Source: a virus. From it: 64,000 nt of DNA. The notes below the pieces were generated by a model. That model was not told the DNA's origin. It ran no database searches and was given only the letters and a program-made list of their open reading frames with translations. Position 1 is the first letter of the stretch. The number at the start of each line of letters is the position of its first letter. The stretch spans positions 1 to 64,000 of IMG/VR virus record IMGVR_UViG_3300031111_000011; one strand, 5' to 3'. Made by a program: the position numbers and the translations under genes. Shown here piece after piece: positions 25,332 to 34,250 of this stretch.

Positions 25332-25862
25332 TTGGCAATTGACAAAGACCAGATGCGAGATCTGGTTCGGGATGTCCTGATGTACCTGGACCCTGAGATC
25401 CCCTTCTCTGCTGATGCAGTGGAGTTGATCATGCTCACTATGGCTCAGGAATCCCACATGGGAACATACATTAAGCAGCTTGGTACAGGACCGGCCAAGG
25501 GTGTGGTTCAGATGGAACCCTCTACTGAGGAAGACATCTGGGACAATTACCTGCGGTACAAGAAGGATCTGGCAACTAAGGTACGTGCGCTCTATGCAGC
25601 CATGCAAATCGGGCGTGACTTTGAGCTTGATCCTCTTCGACACAACCTCGCCTACCAGATCGCCATGGCGAGGGTTCACTATCGGAGAGTGAGTGACCCT
25701 CTTCCCAAGGTCCATTTCCAACTTCAGTTTGAGGCTGATGGGATCATCACAGAGAACAGTGTGAAGCGACTCGCTGAGTATTGGAAGGAGCATTACAACA
25801 CACCACTTGGAAAGGGAAAACCTGAAGAGGCGGTGTACAACTATGTGAGGTTCGCTGTATGA
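25332..25862 (+). CDS. putative lytic transglycosylase/lysozyme-like protein (176 aa, TTG start)
   Basis: MAQESHMG (catalytic E-S), GVVQM and AYQIAMA resemble SLT-domain motifs; SD aagggag + TTG. Confidence 0.45.
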   Translation: MAIDKDQMRDLVRDVLMYLDPEIPFSADAVELIMLTMAQESHMGTYIKQLGTGPAKGVVQMEPSTEEDIWDNYLRYKKDLATKVRALYAAMQIGRDFELDPLRHNLAYQIAMARVHYRRVSDPLPKVHFQLQFEADGIITENSVKRLAEYWKEHYNTPLGKGKPEEAVYNYVRFAV

Positions 25863-26383
25863 GGAACTGCGATAACTGTCGGTACTTAGAGGTTTCTCTA
25901 CGGGATGAGCCGTGCTTCGGGTGTGTAGGGTACAGTAACTGGAAACCCGAACTCCCTCCCAGTGGAGAGGGACAGAAAGGACGAGAAGTAATCGTGAATA
26001 ACTGTGTTCTCCCCGACAGCGGGAAACGAGAAGGGTTCGATAGTGGATCGATTCGAGATAGCCGAGAAGGGAAAGGCCGGTACGATCTGATCAGCCCCTT
26101 CGCTCTGAAGCGGATCGCAGTCCACTACGAAAATGGTGCCAAGAAGTACGCTGACCGGAACTGGGAGAAAGGCCAACCGATCATGCGGTACTTCGACAGT
26201 GCCGTGCGTCACCTCTTCACATGGGTCACAGACAAACTCTGTGGCCGTCCCCATGCGGAGGATCACCTCGCTGCTGCGGCCTGGAACGTCATGGCAATGC
26301 TGGACCACGAGGAACGTATCGCTATTGGCCGACTCCCTACCGGGATCGATGATAGCCCTGGTCCTGCATGGAAGCCCGAATAA
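25859..26383 (+). CDS. hypothetical protein with N-terminal zinc ribbon (174 aa)
   Basis: CDNC...CFGC ribbon; segment RIAVHYENGAKKYADRNWEKG recalls phage dATP/dGTP pyrophosphohydrolase-associated domains (unverified). Confidence 0.5.
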   Translation: MRNCDNCRYLEVSLRDEPCFGCVGYSNWKPELPPSGEGQKGREVIVNNCVLPDSGKREGFDSGSIRDSREGKGRYDLISPFALKRIAVHYENGAKKYADRNWEKGQPIMRYFDSAVRHLFTWVTDKLCGRPHAEDHLAAAAWNVMAMLDHEERIAIGRLPTGIDDSPGPAWKPE

Positions 26384-26393
26384 ACAACCCACT

Positions 26394-26422
26394 GGAAGGG
26401 GCATATATTTTTTGCCCCTTCC
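26394..26422 (+). terminator. terminator-like hairpin GGAAGGGGCA-tatattttt-TGCCCCTTCC
   Basis: Perfect 10-bp stem with T-rich loop, immediately followed by palindrome copy 6. Confidence 0.5.
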
Positions 26423-26438
26423 TTCTCAATATTGAAAA
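26423..26438. promoter_or_regulatory. palindromic element TTCTCA-atat-TGAAAA (family copy 6)
   Basis: Directly upstream of SD aaaaggagg of rtcB. Confidence 0.45.
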
Positions 26439-26446
26439 GGAGGACT

Positions 26447-27661
26447 ATGGAAAAGGTCATGTTTTCATCAGGCAGAATCCCTGCCTACTCATGGTTACCA
26501 GTGGACAAACTGGAGGAAGGCGCTCTGGAACAGATCCAGGCTTGCACTGCCCACCCCAAGGCTTACCACCACATGGCTGTGATGCCCGACTGTCACCAGG
26601 GATATGGGATGCCCATTGGCGGTGTGGTTGCCCTGGACGGCGCAATCAGCCCCAACATGGTGGGGGTGGACATCGGCTGTGGGATGAGTGTGGTCCGCAC
26701 CAACGCCAAATTCGTTCACACTTATCAAATCAAGGAAATCCTGAACCGACTCAAGACCATGGTTCCTGTCGGTGAGGGGAAGTTTCGATCTGACCCCGTC
26801 TCCTGGCCCAAGTGGGTGGAGTATCTGGACAAGGTCAAGGAGCGTCCTGACTGGATGAAGGGCTCTAACTGGCATCGGTTCAAGTGCAGCATGGGAACTC
26901 TGGGAGGTGGGAACCACTTTCTGGAGCTTCAGCGGGATGAAGAGGGTTACCTCTACATGATGCTCCACTCCGGTTCCCGTGGCCTGGGGTACGCCATTGC
27001 CAAGTACTACAACGAACTGGCCCAGACCTACTGCGTCAACCTAGACATCCCCAACAAAGATCTGGCTTACCTGCCGACCGATCACAAGTGGGGGCAAGCC
27101 TACATCCGGGACATGAACTTCGCCCTGGCTTTTGCCAAGGAAAACCGCAGGGTCATGATGGATGCCTTCAAATTCGCTTTCTTCCACGTTCTTGGATCTC
27201 CTGTCCGGGAGGACATTGATGTTGTCGATGAGATCGACATCCACCACAACTACGCGGCATTGGAGCACCACTTCGGCAAGGATCTGTGGGTTCACCGGAA
27301 AGGCGCGACTTCGGCCCAGTCTGGACAACTGGGGATCATTCCCGGTTCCATGGGAACCCACTCCTACGTCGTCGCTGGTAAGGGGAACCCGGACTCCTTC
27401 AAGTCCTGCTCCCACGGTGCTGGTCGAGTGAAGGGTCGGATGGCCGCTACTCGTGAACTCGACCGGATGGAGCAGGAGAGGAAGATGGACGGCATTGTCT
27501 TTGACGGGTTCAAAACCCTGAAGAAGGGTAAGCTGAAAGGTGCGTATGACCTGGGCGAAGCCCCTGATGCCTACAAAAATATTGATACTGTCATGTGGCA
27601 CCAGGGGGATCTGGTGGACGTGGTAGTAAAACTCAAACCGATAGGAGTCTTGAAAGGGTGA
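26447..27661 (+). CDS. rtcB: RNA-splicing ligase RtcB (3'-phosphate/5'-OH RNA ligase, 404 aa)
   Basis: RtcB signatures HMAVMPDCHQGYG, GGNHFLELQ, MLHSGSRGLG, CSHGAGR; ATG 4 nt after SD. Confidence 0.9.
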   Translation: MEKVMFSSGRIPAYSWLPVDKLEEGALEQIQACTAHPKAYHHMAVMPDCHQGYGMPIGGVVALDGAISPNMVGVDIGCGMSVVRTNAKFVHTYQIKEILNRLKTMVPVGEGKFRSDPVSWPKWVEYLDKVKERPDWMKGSNWHRFKCSMGTLGGGNHFLELQRDEEGYLYMMLHSGSRGLGYAIAKYYNELAQTYCVNLDIPNKDLAYLPTDHKWGQAYIRDMNFALAFAKENRRVMMDAFKFAFFHVLGSPVREDIDVVDEIDIHHNYAALEHHFGKDLWVHRKGATSAQSGQLGIIPGSMGTHSYVVAGKGNPDSFKSCSHGAGRVKGRMAATRELDRMEQERKMDGIVFDGFKTLKKGKLKGAYDLGEAPDAYKNIDTVMWHQGDLVDVVVKLKPIGVLKG

Positions 27662-28053
27662 TCCTTGACCACGAAAAGCTCTACGAGCATTCCGTAGAGT
27701 ATTGGGCGAAGCATAGACCTGACCCTCATCCGAGGGTCTTCTATGTGATGCTCGATGTTGCGAATCTTCTTGTAAAAGCAGGAGTAACAAACTGCCTCTA
27801 CGATAGATACAAACATCGAAGATTGGGGATGCACGTACCATACAAGTATGTGCTCACTCTTTCCGAGCCGGAAATTGAATCTGCGTTTAAGAAGAGGTTC
27901 TGTCATCTCAAGAAGGAGGATTCCGGCACGGAAACCTTCTACGCAACCAAGGAGCTACGGGACTGGATCGAGTGGGTTCAAGGTCTTCAAAATGCCAATC
28001 TTCTTCCGTTTGAAATCAGACACCGTATCTGGGAATCCCTCGAAGTGAAATGA
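27658..28053 (+). CDS. hypothetical protein (131 aa, GTG start)
   Basis: GTGA overlap with rtcB stop; SD taggag 10 nt upstream. Confidence 0.45.
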   Translation: MILDHEKLYEHSVEYWAKHRPDPHPRVFYVMLDVANLLVKAGVTNCLYDRYKHRRLGMHVPYKYVLTLSEPEIESAFKKRFCHLKKEDSGTETFYATKELRDWIEWVQGLQNANLLPFEIRHRIWESLEVK

Positions 28054-28328
28054 AACCAATCGAAACCTTCCTGCTACGAGGAGATAAACTCGCTCGTAGA
28101 CGGTACGGTTTTGTGTTCGACCCGGAATCTTGTGAGTTGGTCTTGTCCTACTACTACGAGGAGGACCGGCCAACTCCAAGACATCGGTGGACAATCCACA
28201 AACAATGGTCAACGGAACTCAGCGATATTCTCGTTGGGGGCATCACTCTGGAGAAGATCAAAATACCAGAACCAGTAGTGAATGCTGTTCGTCTGAAATT
28301 CGCTAAACAGATAGGAGTGAGAAAATGA
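28050..28328 (+). CDS. hypothetical protein (92 aa)
   Basis: ATGA overlap. Confidence 0.5.
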   Translation: MKPIETFLLRGDKLARRRYGFVFDPESCELVLSYYYEEDRPTPRHRWTIHKQWSTELSDILVGGITLEKIKIPEPVVNAVRLKFAKQIGVRK

Positions 28329-28483
28329 AAGTCAAAATTTATTACGGGTACTTCAGTAGCGTGGAAATGAAGTTTAATGAAGTTTTTGGGGAGCGAAAGG
28401 ACATACGCATCTCTCATGTCCGGCAGACTCCTATTGGAGACACCCGCTACATTATGCTCAGTGTCTTCTATGAGGAGGTCTAA
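28325..28483 (+). CDS. hypothetical small protein (52 aa)
   Basis: ATGA overlap; ends 2 nt into the next gene. Confidence 0.4.
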   Translation: MKVKIYYGYFSSVEMKFNEVFGERKDIRISHVRQTPIGDTRYIMLSVFYEEV

Positions 28484-28638
28484 TGAACTTCTGCAAGAAG
28501 TGCAAGCATTACCAGAAGCTTCCCAGGCATGTGAGCAAGTGCCCCAGTGAGAAGGTGGGCTGGTGTCAGCTTCTGGTCCGGTATGTCGCAGCAGAGGATC
28601 GGTTCAACAAATGCTTCGAGAAACGTGAGGAAGCATGA
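28483..28638 (+). CDS. Cys-rich mini-protein (51 aa, zinc-ribbon-like)
   Basis: TAATG overlap; CKKC...C...C...C. Confidence 0.4.
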   Translation: MNFCKKCKHYQKLPRHVSKCPSEKVGWCQLLVRYVAAEDRFNKCFEKREEA

Positions 28639-28937
28639 AGCTGATCTGCTGTCCCTCTTGTTGGGACGTGTTCAAACTCGCCAAGGAAGAGCGCACCTGC
28701 TCATGCGGACGGTGCTCAGGCAGGTACCTCAACAACACCTACGCCGAGACAAATGGTGAGGGAATCAACCTCGCCATTGGCAACGGGTCACTCCTGCAAG
28801 CGGCTTACAACCTCGACCACTTTGCGAAGGACGCAGAGCGTCACGAGTTCATCGACCACAACCCCGTGATCTGTTGGGTCCGTCCTCCAGAAGGACCGGG
28901 AAACCCACACACCACTGTACGAAAGGAGGAATCATGA
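28635..28937 (+). CDS. Cys-rich protein (100 aa)
   Basis: ATGA overlap; CCPSC...CSCGRC cluster. Confidence 0.5.
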   Translation: MKLICCPSCWDVFKLAKEERTCSCGRCSGRYLNNTYAETNGEGINLAIGNGSLLQAAYNLDHFAKDAERHEFIDHNPVICWVRPPEGPGNPHTTVRKEES

Positions 28938-30322
28938 ACCCCATTCTGAATACTGACTCTTACAAAGCGAGTCATTACAGGCAGTACCCTGAAGATGTGG
29001 CCTGGGTGAGTTCCTATATCGAAGCACGGGGTGGAAAATACCCTGAGACGGTTTTCTTCGGGCTGCAAGCCTTCCTGAAGGAGTACCTAAGCAAACCCTT
29101 CACCCAGGCTCATATCAATGAGGCAGAGGACTTCTGGGAGGCTCACGGCCTCCCGTTCAATCGGGGAGGGTGGGAATACATCCTCGCCAGATACCGGGGC
29201 TATATGCCTATTTTGATCCAGGCGGTGGATGAGGGCTCGGTGGTTCCCACTGGCAATGTTCTTGTTCAGATTATTAACACTGACCCTGAAGTTCCCTGGA
29301 TCACCAGCTACGTGGAAACCGCTCTGCTCCGGGCAATCTGGTACCCCACCACGGTGGCTACCCTTTCCCACTTCTGCAAGCGAGATCTCTACAACTACTG
29401 GAAGGAGTCGAGTGACGCTCCTATTGAGTCCCTGGACTTCAAACTTCACGACTTCGGTGCTCGTGGGGTGAGTTCCCTGGAATCTGCTGGACTGGGTGGG
29501 ATGGCCCACCTCGTCAACTTCAAAGGCACCGATACGGTGGAAGGGGTTCTCGCTGCAAGACGGTACTACAACGAGCCCATGGCAGGATACTCAATCCCTG
29601 CTGCCGAGCACTCCACCATCTGCTCCTGGGGCGGTCCAGGACGAGAAATGGATGCCTTCCGAAACATGATCAGCCAGTTCGGTGGAGACTATCCACTGAT
29701 CGCTGTGGTCAGCGATTCGTACAATATCTGGGACGCAGTGGATAACAAATGGCCTTACCTGGATACCGAGATCAGTGCCAGTGGGTCCACCATCGTGGTC
29801 CGTCCGGACAGTGGAGATCCCCACATCGTACCTGTCGAGGTGATCAGCCGTCTCATGCAGAAGTTCGGATTCACGGTCAATAGCAAGGGCTACCACGTCC
29901 TTCCGGATCGAATTCGAGTTATCCAAGGCGACGGGATTACCGGCGATAGCCTGAATCGCATCCTGTTCAACCTCCGGATGAAGCGTCTCAGCATCGACAA
30001 TATTGCCTTTGGTATGGGTGGTGGGCTGCTCCAGCAGATCAACCGGGATACCTGCAAGTTCGCCATGAAGTGCAGTGCGGTTGCTGGCAAGAGCAACCAA
30101 TGGCAACCGGTGTTCAAGCAACCTGTGGATCAGCCTGACAAGGTGAGCAAAAAGGGTCGGCTGAACCTGATCCGGAACTCGGATGGTGAGTTCGAGACGG
30201 TCCCGGAGAAGTGGGAAGAGTCGCGGGGGGTTATGCCCATCCGGAGCATTAACGGGCTCCGCTACCACACCACAACTTTCGAGGAAATCCGGGGACGGGT
30301 CCAGGAGCACCTCATTGCTTAG
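28934..30322 (+). CDS. nadV: nicotinamide phosphoribosyltransferase (NAMPT/NadV, 462 aa)
   Basis: MNPILNTDSYKASHYRQYPE N-terminus and overall length typical of NAMPT; SD aaaggaggaatcATG. Confidence 0.85.
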   Translation: MNPILNTDSYKASHYRQYPEDVAWVSSYIEARGGKYPETVFFGLQAFLKEYLSKPFTQAHINEAEDFWEAHGLPFNRGGWEYILARYRGYMPILIQAVDEGSVVPTGNVLVQIINTDPEVPWITSYVETALLRAIWYPTTVATLSHFCKRDLYNYWKESSDAPIESLDFKLHDFGARGVSSLESAGLGGMAHLVNFKGTDTVEGVLAARRYYNEPMAGYSIPAAEHSTICSWGGPGREMDAFRNMISQFGGDYPLIAVVSDSYNIWDAVDNKWPYLDTEISASGSTIVVRPDSGDPHIVPVEVISRLMQKFGFTVNSKGYHVLPDRIRVIQGDGITGDSLNRILFNLRMKRLSIDNIAFGMGGGLLQQINRDTCKFAMKCSAVAGKSNQWQPVFKQPVDQPDKVSKKGRLNLIRNSDGEFETVPEKWEESRGVMPIRSINGLRYHTTTFEEIRGRVQEHLIA

Positions 30323-30821
30323 AGTCGGAGTCTTTGTTGGCAGATGCCAACCTTTCCACAAGGGGCATGAGCAGATCATCCGTCAGATGCTCCATGAACG
30401 TGGAACAGAGCGGTGTGTCATTCTCTTGGGGAGCATCAATGCTCCCCTTTCCGCTAAGAACCCTTTCCCCTACCCCACTCGTTATCAGTGGGTGAAGAAC
30501 ACCTTCCAGTATGTCCATGTCTTGGGCATTCCGGACTTCCCCGACAATGATGACTACTGGCTCTTCCATATCATGCAAGTTCTCAAGCTCCCTTACGTGG
30601 AGAGTGTTGACCCTTATTTCTACGTAGGCAGTGAGAGAGACGGTCGGGTCTACCACGAGCGTGGATTCACAACCATGATCGTTCCGCGCAGTAAGCAGTA
30701 CAGTGGGACTGAGATCCGAAGACGGCTTGCAGCCGGTGAGGACTTCAGTGAATTGGTGAGCGACCCTGAGTACGCTCAGTCAGTGAAGAGTGTGTGGGAC
30801 ACTGTGAAACATGCAATTTGA
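30315..30821 (+). CDS. nicotinamide/nicotinate mononucleotide adenylyltransferase (NMNAT, NadM-like, 168 aa, TTG start)
   Basis: Nucleotidyltransferase (H/T)xGH motif VGVFVGRCQPFHKGH; size fits archaeal/phage-type NMNAT; only in-frame start preserving the motif is TTG 30315 overlapping the nadV stop. Confidence 0.7.
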   Translation: MLRVGVFVGRCQPFHKGHEQIIRQMLHERGTERCVILLGSINAPLSAKNPFPYPTRYQWVKNTFQYVHVLGIPDFPDNDDYWLFHIMQVLKLPYVESVDPYFYVGSERDGRVYHERGFTTMIVPRSKQYSGTEIRRRLAAGEDFSELVSDPEYAQSVKSVWDTVKHAI

Positions 30822-30834
30822 AAGGAGGAAACAA

Positions 30835-31128
30835 ATGGCAAATAAGGTCAAACTCACCCAAGAGGAACTCAACGACATCGTCTTTGAAGACGGCGGTGAA
30901 TTCTTCGAGATCATCGAAAAAAGCGAGTGGGAGGATAACGGTAAATGGCAACACCAGGACATCATCTTCAAGTGGAAAGCTGATGGCAAGATCTACTCCC
31001 TCGCCCATGGACGTTCAGGCTCCTACTACACGGATTGGTACTGGGAGGTCCAGGAGGGTGATCACGACGGAATGGTTACCGAGGTCCGTCAGGTCGAGAA
31101 GGTTGTCAAGACCTGGGAGGCAGTGTGA
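30835..31128 (+). CDS. hypothetical acidic protein (97 aa)
   Basis: SD gaaaggaggaaacaaATG. Confidence 0.5.
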   Translation: MANKVKLTQEELNDIVFEDGGEFFEIIEKSEWEDNGKWQHQDIIFKWKADGKIYSLAHGRSGSYYTDWYWEVQEGDHDGMVTEVRQVEKVVKTWEAV

Positions 31129-31343
31129 CGCACTTCTTCACCAAGGAGTCGATCCCAAGAGGACCGTGGGTGACGTACCGCAAGAAACACCTCACTCAGG
31201 CAATGAGGATCGACGGGCCTTTCGGAGTGGAAACCAGGGAGGGCCGAGTGCATTGCCCTGATGGTTATCTGGCAGTGGATGCCCACGGTTATCCTTATCC
31301 AATCGCAACGGATGAGTTCGAAATGATTTACGAGGAGGTGTGA
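31125..31343 (+). CDS. hypothetical protein (72 aa, GTG start)
   Basis: GTGA overlap. Confidence 0.45.
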   Translation: MTHFFTKESIPRGPWVTYRKKHLTQAMRIDGPFGVETREGRVHCPDGYLAVDAHGYPYPIATDEFEMIYEEV

Positions 31344-31720
31344 TGAAAACAATCCTATACGTGATTCAGCACAAGACCACCAAAGAGTTCCTGTCGGGGA
31401 GTGGAATGTACTCCGAGTTGACTTCAAATTTGGGGGAAGCCCGATACCACCACGCGCCAGGGTATGCCAAACTCCACCTGGGGCATTATCTCCGGGGTTA
31501 CCGCAACAGAAGCCACACCAAGGCTTCCTTCGAGATCGTCCCTGTGACGGTCAGCCTGGGGGAAGAACCCCCTGTCCCTGACGACTACGAGTACCTCCAT
31601 TGGTTTAGGGTTGAGGCTGATTTCGGTCCTGCTGACGGTGATGTGAAAGCCATCATGGACGAGCAGTACGAAGCGGAGACAGGGAATCCGGTTCCTGAAA
31701 ACTGGAGACGGGAGGAATAA
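31343..31720 (+). CDS. hypothetical protein (125 aa)
   Basis: SD gaggaggtgtgATG. Confidence 0.55.
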   Translation: MKTILYVIQHKTTKEFLSGSGMYSELTSNLGEARYHHAPGYAKLHLGHYLRGYRNRSHTKASFEIVPVTVSLGEEPPVPDDYEYLHWFRVEADFGPADGDVKAIMDEQYEAETGNPVPENWRREE

Positions 31721-31941
31721 TGTCAAAGATCAATTTACTGACCATGGTCTATGGCAATAAGAGGCTTGAGGTCAAAGCCTCGGACTGTTGGACCAAGAAT
31801 GACAGGCCCATCCTTTTCTGGTGCAAGCGGGTTCGTCAGGAGGGCTATGAGGACATCTGTTTGATTTCCTTTGTGTTCCTCATCTTTGCCATTTGGTTTG
31901 GGTGGAAAACCCCAGATGGCTCACCAGTGAGGATTCCGTGA
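31720..31941 (+). CDS. small membrane protein (73 aa, C-terminal TM)
   Basis: TAATG overlap; hydrophobic ICLISFVFLIFAIWFGW. Confidence 0.5.
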   Translation: MSKINLLTMVYGNKRLEVKASDCWTKNDRPILFWCKRVRQEGYEDICLISFVFLIFAIWFGWKTPDGSPVRIP

Positions 31942-32087
31942 TGCCCAAATACGTCTACGAACCACACACTCCCGTGAAGTTCAAGTGGTGCAAGTGGATG
32001 GTCTGTAAGCATTGTGGCCTTGTCTACTTGCGAAATAAATCGACCAAGAAAGCCGTCCAACTGGGATGCAACTGGAGGGACCGATGA
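31941..32087 (+). CDS. Cys-rich mini-protein (48 aa)
   Basis: TGATG overlap; CKWMVCKHCG. Confidence 0.4.
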   Translation: MPKYVYEPHTPVKFKWCKWMVCKHCGLVYLRNKSTKKAVQLGCNWRDR

Positions 32088-32251
32088 GCGAGAGTGAGTT
32101 GGACATTCTGATGAAAAGGTTAGAGCCCTTTGCAAAAGGACTCTTTTCGGGACAGGTCTGTGAGTGGCCCCAACTTAAGCCTCTTTTGGCAGATCTGTAC
32201 GGATATCTGGAAAGAGAAAAACGCAGGAAGGAGTTTGATGGAACGACGTGA
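32084..32251 (+). CDS. hypothetical protein (55 aa)
   Basis: ATGA overlap. Confidence 0.4.
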   Translation: MSESELDILMKRLEPFAKGLFSGQVCEWPQLKPLLADLYGYLEREKRRKEFDGTT

Positions 32252-33398
32252 AACTTTCCCCACCATATACACCTTATCCAGGGTGGGGAAGCCACAGAGG
32301 TGGCGTGTAGAAGTCAACGAGACTCCCGTCAACGAGTATGCCTTACTGGTAGTTCAGTACGGGCAAGTTGACGGCAAACTCACCCAGAGCGTCAAGAAGA
32401 TCAAAGGCAAGAACATTGGCAAAGCCAATGAGACAACCCCTTACGAACAAGCCCTGAAGGAAGCCAAGGCGAAGCACCTCAAGCAACTCACTCAGGGTGG
32501 ATACTTCGATCACATTCCCACCAAGCAGGAGATGGATGACCTCCTCCTGCCGATGCTGGCTCAACCCTTCGAGAAGCGTAAGAAACATATTGAGTACCCT
32601 GCCATCGTTCAGCCCAAGCTGAACGGAGTGAGGTGTATGGTTCGACGGGTCAGTGAGTCGAGGGTGATCTTCAGATCCCGCCTGGGGAAAAGCTATGACA
32701 AGGTAACGAAACATCTGGTCCCTCACCTTCTCCAGTTGCTTTCTGTTGGGGAAACCTGGGACGGGGAACTCTACGTCCACGGGTGGACCTTCCAGCGCAT
32801 CGTCCGTGCTGTCAAGAAGTTCAGAGAGGACGACACTCCAAAGCTTGAGTTCTGGGTCTACGACAAGGTTAGTGACGAAGATTACGCCGACAGATACAAC
32901 TACCTTTGGAAAAAGATCCTTGAGCACGGAGTACCCGATCTCAGTCCTGTCAAGTGGACTAACAGCCAGATTGTGATCAGGGAAGCTGAGATAAGACAGT
33001 ACCACGACTTCTACGTGCAGCACGGCTTTGAGGGGATCATCATCCGGAACCGGAAGGGTGGTTATCAGACCGTTTACCGGTCCAACAACCTCCAGAAGTA
33101 CAAGGAGTTCATCGACCATGAGTTCATCATTATCGATGGGCGGTCCTCCGAGGGGAACCAGGAAGGGTGTGTGGTATTCACTGTAGAGGGTGTTGCCATT
33201 GACGCCAAAAAGAAAGAGCACCCGGCTGGTGTGGTTCGGTTTGAGGTTGTGCCTCGTGGCACCTTCGAGCAGAGACGCAAATACCTCACCGATATCGATG
33301 ACCTGATTGGCGAGGAGATTACAGTACGTTACCAGGAACTCTCTGAAGATGGTGTGCCTATCTTTCCGGTGGGTGTAGCCATCAGGGACTATGAGTGA
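32238..33398 (+). CDS. ATP-dependent DNA ligase (T7 gp1.3-like, 386 aa)
   Basis: Motif I KLNGVRC (KxDG variant), nucleotidyltransferase motifs FEGIIIRN and EGCVVF; SD aggaaggagtttgATG. Confidence 0.8.
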   Translation: MERRETFPTIYTLSRVGKPQRWRVEVNETPVNEYALLVVQYGQVDGKLTQSVKKIKGKNIGKANETTPYEQALKEAKAKHLKQLTQGGYFDHIPTKQEMDDLLLPMLAQPFEKRKKHIEYPAIVQPKLNGVRCMVRRVSESRVIFRSRLGKSYDKVTKHLVPHLLQLLSVGETWDGELYVHGWTFQRIVRAVKKFREDDTPKLEFWVYDKVSDEDYADRYNYLWKKILEHGVPDLSPVKWTNSQIVIREAEIRQYHDFYVQHGFEGIIIRNRKGGYQTVYRSNNLQKYKEFIDHEFIIIDGRSSEGNQEGCVVFTVEGVAIDAKKKEHPAGVVRFEVVPRGTFEQRRKYLTDIDDLIGEEITVRYQELSEDGVPIFPVGVAIRDYE

Positions 33399-33604
33399 TG
33401 CAATGGATTCATAGGAGTTCTGTGCTGCGGAAGGCAGAATGGCACCGTTGGTTTGCTTGGCACCCCGTGGCTGTGAAAACATATCCGGATGGTTCCGAGA
33501 AGATGATCTGGTGGGAACCTGTTCTCCGTCGAGGAGAGCTTCAACTTGTATTGGATGGTGTCGAGTGGGTCTACGAATATAAGGAGATCGAAGGGGATGA
33601 CTGA
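33395..33604 (+). CDS. hypothetical Trp-rich protein (69 aa)
   Basis: ATGA overlap. Confidence 0.45.
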   Translation: MMQWIHRSSVLRKAEWHRWFAWHPVAVKTYPDGSEKMIWWEPVLRRGELQLVLDGVEWVYEYKEIEGDD

Positions 33605-33764
33605 AGAAAAGAAAAGTATCACCTGCAAGTGCGGTCACTTCAGTGAGTTTCCTGCCTACGTTTACGCTCACTGGTACCACCAGCTTGTTTGGAGATGCCC
33701 GGAATGTGGAACAAGATACGACCTGTTGGCGGGTGTCTACAAGGAGGATGAATATGAAGACTAA
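33597..33764 (+). CDS. Cys-rich mini-protein (55 aa, C4 zinc ribbon)
   Basis: CKCGHF...CPECGTRY. Confidence 0.4.
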   Translation: MTEEKKSITCKCGHFSEFPAYVYAHWYHQLVWRCPECGTRYDLLAGVYKEDEYED

Positions 33765-34032
33765 TCACATGAATGCCTGTTACAAGTGCAAGTGGAGCAG
33801 ACGGGTTCCAGGCAGCAGCCATCACCAGTGCTGCATCCTGGGGCTACATTATGTTGAACGCACTGAGGGTAGGGGATTCGTTGCTCCCACCAGTATGCAC
33901 CCTGTGGAGAAGGGTTGGTTCCTCTGGCCTTTCAACTTTGATCCGGTGTGGCTTGAGTTCTGTGTAGAGTGGGAACGCCAGCGTGAAATCCTGTTCCGGA
34001 AGTTTGACAATATTCTGAGAAAGGAGGCTTAA
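33751..34032 (+). CDS. Cys/His-rich protein (93 aa)
   Basis: CYKCKW...HHQCC. Confidence 0.45.
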   Translation, partial: NMKTNHMNACYKCKWSRRVPGSSHHQCCILGLHYVERTEGRGFVAPTSMHPVEKGWFLWPFNFDPVWLEFCVEWERQREILFRKFDNILRKEA

Positions 34033-34235
34033 TGCCTGTTCGACATCTCACTGCAACAAAGGATGGTCCAAAGGAAGTGGACCTGACTCCTGTCAAAGCC
34101 ATTCGCCTTCACTGCCTTGAGTGTATGGGGTGGGAGGTGACTGAAGTTCGTAAGTGTACTCGCCCAACTTGCCCTCTATTTCCGTTTAGACTTGGAAAGA
34201 ATCCTGGGCGTAAGGGTGTCGGCCCTCAGTCGTAA
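34032..34235 (+). CDS. Cys-rich protein (67 aa)
   Basis: TAATG overlap; CLECMGWE...C..C. Confidence 0.45.
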   Translation: MPVRHLTATKDGPKEVDLTPVKAIRLHCLECMGWEVTEVRKCTRPTCPLFPFRLGKNPGRKGVGPQS

Positions 34236-34250
34236 GTAGGACACTCTACT

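Noticed and set aside
24690-25862. 390-aa ORF in the track spanning 24690-25862
   Set aside because: An artefact of an open frame running through the RNR 3' end and three small genes; the only real gene in this frame starts at TTG 25332 with its own SD.
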